DNA of 19,686 nucleotides from Fibrobacterota bacterium (GTDB lineage: Bacteria; Fibrobacterota; Fibrobacteria; UBA11236). A program made the translations under genes and the position numbers. The DNA lies in the NCBI GenBank assembly GCA_043753995.1, contig JAYUVP010000278.1, forward strand, positions 1 through 19,686. The letters run 5' to 3'. The notes under the pieces are model-generated. The model worked only from the letters and a program-made list of their open reading frames with translations. It made no database searches and was not told where the DNA came from. Positions 9,584 to 16,316 of the stretch are shown here, piece by piece. Numbering within the stretch: position 1 is the stretch's first letter; every line of letters begins with the position of its first letter.

Positions 9584-11319
9584 CGTCCCTCCCGAGGAGG
9601 CAAGGCAACGGTTTGGCTGCTGGGGCTAAAGCTGAGTGTTAATGAGACCAGGTGATTGATGGAGCTGTATTGCGTGAAAAATTCAAGCAAGACACGGGCG
9701 ACGATGAGGCGTTCCCCCTGATCGGCCAAGGCATCATCCTTGATGGTCACAATCATTTCGGTGCCGGAAACATATTGCCCTTGCAGCAAAAAGCTGCGGC
9801 GCTTGGCTTGCACGACACCGACGCCTTCGATGAATCGCCGATTCACGCCACTACGCGTCCAGTCATAAAGCGACAGCGCGTCGCGCAAGACGCCGTCTTG
9901 GCAAAGTGAGCGGAAATTCAAATTCATCAAGGCTAATACATGCCACAAATAATGCCGCGATTGCGGCGGTAAGATCGGAACCGTGGGCCGAGTGAAATTG
10001 GTGAAGCTGAGCTTATTCGAAAAGCCCGGTGCGGGACTGGCGATGGCGTTTTCGAGTAATTGCTCGCGGGGTAACGCGCCATTGGAGGCGAGAATGGCTA
10101 TGGACAGGTATTCTTCATTCCAGGTTTCGACTTCGCCTTCTTGCCCCACCGTAATCCAGGTGCGAAAGCCCGCCTTGCCTTCATGATCTTGTCGCACCTG
10201 AAACCAACCCCCGCTGGTGTCGTCGCCCATAGAAAGTACGGCATGTCTAAAGGCATGAAAGGGGCTGTATTCGCGGCGCTTGCCCGTGCTCTTGTCGAGG
10301 CCGGTAGCGTTGAGGACTTGAAATATCTCGGTTTGATGCCCGGTTTCCGGGGTCACTAAATATTCGAAGTGACGGTGATGGATATGAATCGGTTCGGCGC
10401 GAGTTTCGAAAATATTGATGACGGGGGTCACGTTCAGACGAATGTTTTCGGTACGTATGCGCCTGCCATCGGGAACGGGCTGGTTGAAGAAAATGTGCAG
10501 GCTGAATTCGAGGGGATTGTCGAGCGTATGCAGGATATTTAAACCTTGCAATTTCACGAAGCGAAATTTTTCGTCGAAGGTCAGGTATTCAAGCAAGAAA
10601 CGGCTGCCCTCAAAGGAATTATCGAGAGCGGGCAATAAAGCATCTTCGTCGTCAAATCCGCCGGGTTTGATTTTTTCCTGGCCTCCCAAAACCACGCTGC
10701 GATTTCCGGTTTCGATGAGTATGCGCGAAACTCCATCGGTCAAATAGGCCATGAGCCACCAGGCAAAGGGCCTCTCCCCGTGAATGTAAAGCTCAAGGTT
10801 TTCCAGGTCGATTTTTTCGCGTTCGGCTTTTTCGTCGAAACGAAAGCGCAATTCCAATCCATCGCCATGCTGGGCATGATGGGTCAGGGCTGCCGAAGTC
10901 AAGCGAATGGGAATCACCTTTACCGGTTTTGTGCTTTGAAAGCGGCAAATAGCCGCCTTGGGGCCGACCGGTCCGCTTAAAAAAGGAGTGCCGCGCGGAA
11001 TTTCAGTTGAATTGGTTAAAAGCGTTTCTCGGAAATCGATTTGCAACATGGCCAAAGAAGGAATCGGCCGCAAGAAAAGCGGATCGATCATTTCCATCAG
11101 GGAGCGAGTCAATTCGGGAAAGTCATCGTCGAGCTTTTGGCGAATGCGCCCGGTTAGAAAGGCGAAGCCCTCAAACAATCGCTCGACATAGGGATCGCGA
11201 TCGTCGACGGCAGCAAGATTGAGCAGGCGGGCTCGCTCGGGGAAGGCCTCGGCAAATTCCTCGCCACCTTCTTTCAGATAACGCAATTCTTCGTCGAAAT
11301 ATTTCTCGAAATCGGCCAT
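9568..11319 (-). CDS. tssF: T6SS baseplate subunit TssF
   Basis: Motifs YFDEELRYL, DPYVERLFEGFAFLTGRIRQKLDDDFPELT, RPIPS, LNVTPVINIF, SNGALP and FFTQYSSIN. SD AAGGGG. Confidence 0.96.
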   Translation of the reverse strand: MADFEKYFDEELRYLKEGGEEFAEAFPERARLLNLAAVDDRDPYVERLFEGFAFLTGRIRQKLDDDFPELTRSLMEMIDPLFLRPIPSLAMLQIDFRETLLTNSTEIPRGTPFLSGPVGPKAAICRFQSTKPVKVIPIRLTSAALTHHAQHGDGLELRFRFDEKAEREKIDLENLELYIHGERPFAWWLMAYLTDGVSRILIETGNRSVVLGGQEKIKPGGFDDEDALLPALDNSFEGSRFLLEYLTFDEKFRFVKLQGLNILHTLDNPLEFSLHIFFNQPVPDGRRIRTENIRLNVTPVINIFETRAEPIHIHHRHFEYLVTPETGHQTEIFQVLNATGLDKSTGKRREYSPFHAFRHAVLSMGDDTSGGWFQVRQDHEGKAGFRTWITVGQEGEVETWNEEYLSIAILASNGALPREQLLENAIASPAPGFSNKLSFTNFTRPTVPILPPQSRHYLWHVLALMNLNFRSLCQDGVLRDALSLYDWTRSGVNRRFIEGVGVVQAKRRSFLLQGQYVSGTEMIVTIKDDALADQGERLIVARVLLEFFTQYSSINHLVSLTLSFSPSSQTVALPPREGRCHSI

Positions 11320-11358
11320 GGGTTTACCCCTTACTCTACGCTGAAAGTCATTGCTGAA

Positions 11359-11799
11359 TTAAGCCGCGCGCCCTACGGCCTCGACATCGGTTTCGCCCGA
11401 CGAAGTGAAACTGGTCTTGAGCAAGATGCGTTCGCCGCCCTTGATCACGGCCGCCATTTCAAAGGTCAGGCGGAATTCATGGGGCGAGGTCGGTACGGGA
11501 CGAATGCGAACACGCTCTAAGCGCGGTTCGTATTTCGCCGTCAAGGCCACCAAGGTCTCCTCCAAGTCTTTAAGGCTGGACGGCAGTTTGCGATATATTT
11601 CACTGATATCGGGCAAACCATAATCGGGCAAATGGGGGACGGCGCCTTGGCGCGTATTAAACATGCGATGCAAATGGTCGGCGATGCTTTTCGCGCGCCT
11701 TTGCGAAACCGGCACGGCTTCTATGGGCGTGCCATCGGCAAATTGGCCTGCCAATCGCTCAAATAGGCTTTCGCCGATGCCTAGTCGCTCTTTGGCCAT
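11359..11799 (-). CDS. tssE: T6SS baseplate subunit TssE (gp25-like)
   Basis: Motifs SLFERL, HLHRMFNTRQG, PDYGLPD and YEPRL; lies between hcp and tssF. Confidence 0.94.
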   Translation of the reverse strand: MAKERLGIGESLFERLAGQFADGTPIEAVPVSQRRAKSIADHLHRMFNTRQGAVPHLPDYGLPDISEIYRKLPSSLKDLEETLVALTAKYEPRLERVRIRPVPTSPHEFRLTFEMAAVIKGGERILLKTSFTSSGETDVEAVGRAA

Positions 11800-11825
11800 A
11801 GCGCAAAGCTAAAATGAAAAGTCAT

Positions 11826-11860
11826 GAAAATGAAAAAGGCCGGGAGAAGTCCCAGCCTTT
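11826..11860 (-). terminator. Intrinsic terminator after hcp
   Basis: The minus strand reads AAAGGCTGGGA-CTTC-TCCCGGCCTTT then TTCATTTTC, 21 nt after the hcp stop. Confidence 0.75.
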
Positions 11861-11881
11861 AAATCCACGATAGAATCGGGA

Positions 11882-12370
11882 TTAGGCGACGGGGGTTTCC
11901 CAGTCGTCCATGGCGGTGATGCCACCATCAACCCAGGTCCACTCGATTTTCTGGTAGGTGAAGGCAATTTCTTCGTATTCCGCGAATTTCATCAAATCCG
12001 GATGCTTGTTATTCGACATGCGGAAATTGATGGAGGCAACATTGGCATTGGTCAGCTTGACCGTATAATGCTGTTGTTCGGCACCGGTTCCCGAGGGACG
12101 CCAGAACTGAAGTTCCCACTCAGGAATGTTTTCGTTATTGGTGAGCGCATTGAACAACAAGGGCGTGGACTTGTCCAATTCCTTGGTGATAACAAAGGGC
12201 TTGTGCATGCGCTTGCCGGTGGGCAGGCCCGAAGCAGGGTCACGAGGGCTGATGACTTCGTGGCTTACCGCGATGACGGCGATCTTGTTCTCGCGACCCT
12301 TTTGGGTTATCGAGCCCTTGATTTCACCTTGCTTCTGACCTTTGAGCTTGAGATAGGCATTCAGTGCCAT
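11882..12370 (-). CDS. hcp: T6SS tail-tube protein Hcp (TssD), 162 aa
   Basis: MALNAYLKLKGQKQGEIKGS, PRDPASGLPTGKRMHKPFVITKELDKSTPLL, EEIAFTYQKIEWT. ATG 12370 follows the SD AAGGAG (12384-12379). The ORF-track extension to 12583 runs through regulatory DNA. Confidence 0.97.
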   Translation of the reverse strand: MALNAYLKLKGQKQGEIKGSITQKGRENKIAVIAVSHEVISPRDPASGLPTGKRMHKPFVITKELDKSTPLLFNALTNNENIPEWELQFWRPSGTGAEQQHYTVKLTNANVASINFRMSNNKHPDLMKFAEYEEIAFTYQKIEWTWVDGGITAMDDWETPVA

Positions 12371-12432
12371 GGTAGCGACTCCTTCTTGGAGGTGTGGGAG
12401 TGAATACAGTACGTAGGTACCATATGCGATAA

Positions 12433-12475
12433 AGAATAGCCGACTCTGAGCTGAAAATCTGTGACCGCCGTCACA
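12433..12475 (-). promoter_or_regulatory. Candidate class II CRP/FNR-family-activated promoter of hcp
   Basis: TGTGA-CCGCCG-TCACA at 12460-12475 and a minus-strand TATTCT at 12438-12433. If TATTCT occupies -12 to -7, the box centre falls at -41.5. Confidence 0.65.
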
Positions 12476-12549
12476 AGCCATGGAAAAAAAATTTGGCGCC
12501 CTGAAACCAGAAGGGGGGTGAAGATCAAAAGCCGGACGTCCTCTCCCGA

Positions 12550-12592
12550 AAAAGGCAAAAGAAAAGCCCCCGGCGATGAACACCGGAGGCTT
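12550..12592 (-). terminator. Intrinsic terminator after tssC
   Basis: The minus strand reads AAGCCTCCGGTG-TTCAT-CGCCGGGGGCTT (12-bp stem with two G:U pairs) then TTCTTTTGCCTTTT, 22 nt after the tssC stop. Confidence 0.85.
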
Positions 12593-12614
12593 ATTCGAGG
12601 GTTTTTAAAACGGC

Positions 12615-14102
12615 TTATTTGCCTTTGGGCATTTGCGAAACCAATTGCAGGTTCACGTCAATGCCTTCCACCTGGAAGTGGGGGCTGACGGCCATGGTGA
12701 CGCGGTAAAAGCCGGGATTGTCGGCGATTTCTGCCACAGTAATTTGCGCAGCCGACAAGGGGCGGCGAGCGGCGACCTCAGGCGAGGGATTTTTCATCTC
12801 GGTGACGAGATTCTTAATCCAAGCATTGAGCTCCTCTTGCAATACCGCGGCGTTCTTGGTGGCACCGATATTTTCGCGCTGTATCACTTTGAGATAATGC
12901 GCAAGGCGGGCGGTGAGGAAAATATAGGGCAAGCGTGAATTGATGCGAGAATTAGCCGTTACCGCTGGATTGTCATAGGTCTGCGGCTTCTGGGCCGAAT
13001 TGGCGGAGAAGAAGCAGGCATAGTTGCGGTTCTTATAGAAAGACAGGGGGATAAAGCCCTGATTGGCGAATTCGAATTCACGGGTTTCAGGAATGAGGAT
13101 TTCGGTGGGAATCTTCATTTGATTGCCACGGCCGACATCATAAAGATGAATCGGCAAGTCTTCGACCTTACCACCGGCTTCTGGACCACGCATTTGCACG
13201 CACCAGCCGTATTGGGCGAAAGAACGCGAAAGGTTGGCAGCCATGGAGAATGCCGCATTGCCCCACAGGTATTTGTCATGCTGTTCGCCTGTGACGCTTT
13301 CCTTATACACGAATTCCTTGACTGGAACAGTGTCGGGTCCGTAAGGAAGGCGAAGTAAAAAGCGGGGCAAGGTCAACCCAACATAACGGCTGTCTTCGCT
13401 TTCGCGGAAACCTTTCCACTTCAAGTATTCGGCGCGGTCCATATAGGAAGCCAAATCTTCGATGGCGGGCAGATCGCTGGCTTGCTTACGATTGAAGAAT
13501 TTCGCGCCTACCGAGCTGATGAAAGGGCAATGCGCGGCGGCCGAGATCTTCGACACGTTTTGCAATAAACCCACATCTTGAGGCTTGCTGTCGAATTCGT
13601 AGTTAGCAATGATGGCACCAAAGGGTTCGCCACCGGGGGTGTCGTATTCTTGGGTGTAAACATGCTTGTAAAGTCCGCTTTGCACGGCTTCGGGGCTATC
13701 CTCGAAGTCTTCACGCAGGGCATCCTTGGAAATGTCGAGCATTTCGATTTTGATGTTCTTACGGAAGTCGGTTCGATCGACGAGGAATTTGATGCCTTTC
13801 CACGACGACTCCAGCCTTTGGAAGTCGGGATGATGCAGAATTTCGTCGAGTTGAGCGGAGAGCTTTTCGTCGATGGCGGCGATTTGCTGATCGAGCAAGG
13901 TCTTGTCGATTTTGTCGACCGCGACCGAGCTATCGGAAATAGCGCCGATGAAAACACGTAAAGCTGCTGTGATGCGCTGGCCCGCATCAACATCGGCGAG
14001 ATTTTGCTCTTCACGGAATTGCAAGAGGTCGACATTTGCCGGCGCCTGCTTAATATCCATGAATTCCAGAATTTCATTAACCAGAGATTTCTGATCGGCC
14101 AT
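12615..14102 (-). CDS. tssC: T6SS contractile sheath large subunit TssC (VipB)
   Basis: Motifs QLDEILHHPDFQRLESSWKG, EYDTPGGEPFG, AAAHCPF, PRFLLRLPYG, YLWGNAAF, GGKVEDLP, CFFSANSAQKP and PHFQVEG. SD AGGAG. Confidence 0.98.
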   Translation of the reverse strand: MADQKSLVNEILEFMDIKQAPANVDLLQFREEQNLADVDAGQRITAALRVFIGAISDSSVAVDKIDKTLLDQQIAAIDEKLSAQLDEILHHPDFQRLESSWKGIKFLVDRTDFRKNIKIEMLDISKDALREDFEDSPEAVQSGLYKHVYTQEYDTPGGEPFGAIIANYEFDSKPQDVGLLQNVSKISAAAHCPFISSVGAKFFNRKQASDLPAIEDLASYMDRAEYLKWKGFRESEDSRYVGLTLPRFLLRLPYGPDTVPVKEFVYKESVTGEQHDKYLWGNAAFSMAANLSRSFAQYGWCVQMRGPEAGGKVEDLPIHLYDVGRGNQMKIPTEILIPETREFEFANQGFIPLSFYKNRNYACFFSANSAQKPQTYDNPAVTANSRINSRLPYIFLTARLAHYLKVIQRENIGATKNAAVLQEELNAWIKNLVTEMKNPSPEVAARRPLSAAQITVAEIADNPGFYRVTMAVSPHFQVEGIDVNLQLVSQMPKGK

Positions 14103-14162
14103 GGTTCGCTCCTATGTCCTGTTGCTGTTCCTGAGGTGGCTTGGGGCTGGCGAGATAAAGGC

Positions 14163-14687
14163 TTATCCAGCCTTAGCTTCGCCGCCTTCACCCATGGGTA
14201 CGATTTTATCAAGCTCGGCCACCAGGCTATCCATGGCGGTTTGGTCGTGCATAACGGCTTCGAGCTTGCGACGGAAATCCTTGTTGTCCATCAAATTGGA
14301 TTTCAAGTCTTTCACAAGGTTGCGAGCAGCTAAGAGCTTGGAGAGCTGGGGCACTTGCTTGATGATTTCCATCGGATCGAAGGACTTCATGTTCTTCATC
14401 TTCAGGTCAATCTTTAAATCGCCGCCGGCGGGATTGAGCTTATTCTCCACCGTCAAATTCAACCCCAAGTCCATGCTTTCCATGACTTGATTGAAGTTGT
14501 CTTTGTTGATGTTGATTTTCTCTTTATCAACAAGTTTGCCTGAGTCGCCCTTTTGCGAAAAGTCGCCCAAGACCAACATCTTGAGGGGCAACTCCATGCT
14601 TTTCTGGGCCCCGCCCTTGTCGATGTCCAATTTGATATTGACCCGCGCGGGCGGGATCTCGTTCTGGAAGCTGCCGCCAGAGGACAT
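14163..14687 (-). CDS. tssB: T6SS contractile sheath small subunit TssB (VipA)
   Basis: Motifs SFQNEIPPARVNIKL, ELPLKMLVLGDFS, INKDNFN and FDP...VPQLSKLLAARNLVKDLK. SD AGGAG (14698-14694). Confidence 0.97.
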   Translation of the reverse strand: MSSGGSFQNEIPPARVNIKLDIDKGGAQKSMELPLKMLVLGDFSQKGDSGKLVDKEKININKDNFNQVMESMDLGLNLTVENKLNPAGGDLKIDLKMKNMKSFDPMEIIKQVPQLSKLLAARNLVKDLKSNLMDNKDFRRKLEAVMHDQTAMDSLVAELDKIVPMGEGGEAKAG

Positions 14688-14750
14688 GCTTAGCTCCTGG
14701 TTGAGGTGACAAAATGCGGGACGGTCGTCATCGTGATCATTAAGACTCGC

Positions 14751-16268
14751 TTAAATCTCGCTTTGGACGGCCGCGAGCGGGTCCAATCTAGCTAATCTCG
14801 AAAGTGCCTCAAGGGCTCGGACTGGGAGGGTTCCAGTTGGGTCCATGCCCGTGTCTCCCACGGCTTGGTAGGCTTTCCTTAAAAGCGTGAACAAGGCGAT
14901 GCAGGCCTCGGGATCCCAGGCCTCCAACCAACCCTGGTCGACCACCTTTTTCAACTCCTCGCCAATGGCCAGGGCAATGCTCGGTTTGCCGCCGCGTACA
15001 CAAAGATCGGCCATCCGTAATTTGCGCTGGAAATTGTTTTTGGCATTGGAATCCGAGGCTAAGCCGGCACGGTAAACTCCAAGGGCGTCGGCTAATTTTT
15101 CTTGGGCAAAAAACTTTTCTGCCTCTTCCGTTTCTTGGCCGATTTCGGATTTTTTCTTGCCGGAGCGAGGCTTGGCGGATCCGTCTCCGCCCAGGGCGGC
15201 CATGACTTCGCCTTCTATCCAATCGCGGGTAGCACTGTCGGCAAAGGGGGTGCCGTCATCGTAGGAGAGGGCTTCGAGGCCGGGCAGGCGCTTCAGAAAA
15301 AGGGCCAATTCCTGTTTCACGGCTTCGGCGCAAAGGGACCACTCGCCTCCCAGGGCTTCGAGGGCGGCGCAGAGATAGCGCTGCAAGTCGAACCAGAAGG
15401 CCATGCTGTCATAGGTAAAGGCCGCTTCGCCATTCTCGGTCAGGGAAGGCCAATTCGCTTGCGCATGTTGATTGCGAAAGGCAGCCAAGGTGTCGGGATA
15501 GGGAGCGGGAATCATGGTTTTTCCCGCCTGATTGGAGGGCAGCTCTCTTAAGGCTGACCAACGCGACAGGCGCATGAGTCGATAGGCTAGAGGATGGGCA
15601 TGATTCTGCTCATAGAAATAACCCGCGACTTTTTGGAGAGCCAAATAAGCGTCGTCTTCGCTGCCTAGGCTAAAGGCGCCACCTTCACTTGTCGACTCAC
15701 TGGGTGTCGGCTCCGCGCTGGGATCGGGTGGTGGAGGCACTTCCTTGGGCTTGTTTTTCTCCGTCCACTCGTGAAGTATGCCCGTGAAGCCTTCGAAGGA
15801 GGGTTGCTCGGGGATTTTGCTGAAGACGAATTGCTGTAATTGTTTGAGCGCCTGGGTGGCGGCGAGCAGGGTATCGTAGTTGCCCACCGGGGACATGCCC
15901 GCGAGCTTGGTCTTGACGCTATCGCTGACGAGCCACTTCAGGGCTTGAATGCGCCCATTGAGTCGCTTGGGATAAACCTCTTCCCAATGTTCCATGGCGA
16001 TTGTGGCATAGGCGTGCATGACTTCGGCCAGCGGGGCTATGCCTTGGGTCATGCCTTTGGCCAGGGCGAGAAAGCCTAGAGCGCGTAAATCCTTGGAGGT
16101 CTTGGTCGAGAAGCGCTCGCCCGCTTCGGCCATGGCGGCCCAGTCATTGGCGGTAATTTTTTCGGCTTCTGCCCTCAGGGTTTCGAAGTCGACATCATAG
16201 CTGCCGTCTTCGCCGCAAAAGGCCGCGGCATCAATGGGAGCCAGCAATTTTTCCAAGAGGCTAGCCAC
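14751..16268 (-). CDS. tssA: T6SS TssA, long form (ImpA_N domain, middle domain and VasJ-type C-terminal domain; TssA2-like)
   Basis: ImpA_N motifs LLAPI..CGED, SKDLR and WEEVYP; a Pro-rich linker; RWSAL..LP..GKT; FWFDLQ; RLPGLEALSYDDGTPFAD...W; C-terminal EAWDP. GTG 16268 follows the SD AAGGAG (16281-16276). Confidence 0.92.
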   Translation of the reverse strand: MASLLEKLLAPIDAAAFCGEDGSYDVDFETLRAEAEKITANDWAAMAEAGERFSTKTSKDLRALGFLALAKGMTQGIAPLAEVMHAYATIAMEHWEEVYPKRLNGRIQALKWLVSDSVKTKLAGMSPVGNYDTLLAATQALKQLQQFVFSKIPEQPSFEGFTGILHEWTEKNKPKEVPPPPDPSAEPTPSESTSEGGAFSLGSEDDAYLALQKVAGYFYEQNHAHPLAYRLMRLSRWSALRELPSNQAGKTMIPAPYPDTLAAFRNQHAQANWPSLTENGEAAFTYDSMAFWFDLQRYLCAALEALGGEWSLCAEAVKQELALFLKRLPGLEALSYDDGTPFADSATRDWIEGEVMAALGGDGSAKPRSGKKKSEIGQETEEAEKFFAQEKLADALGVYRAGLASDSNAKNNFQRKLRMADLCVRGGKPSIALAIGEELKKVVDQGWLEAWDPEACIALFTLLRKAYQAVGDTGMDPTGTLPVRALEALSRLARLDPLAAVQSEI

Positions 16269-16316
16269 GTTGCGGCTCCTTCGGTTCAAGCAAGTTTAAG
16301 GGCAAACCCAGCTGGT

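Noticed and set aside
12371..12550. Sigma54 (-24/-12) promoter for hcp
   Set aside because: No TGGCAC-N5-TTGC-like motif with correct spacing was seen; the CRP-box plus -10 model fits better.
12371..12583. 71-aa N-terminal extension of Hcp
   Set aside because: It runs through the terminator and promoter elements; a strong SD precedes ATG 12370, which gives a canonical 162-aa Hcp.
13508..14212. 234-aa same-strand overlapping ORF across tssB/tssC
   Set aside because: Ser/Thr/Pro/Arg-rich composition typical of a shifted frame in GC-rich genes; no domain signal.
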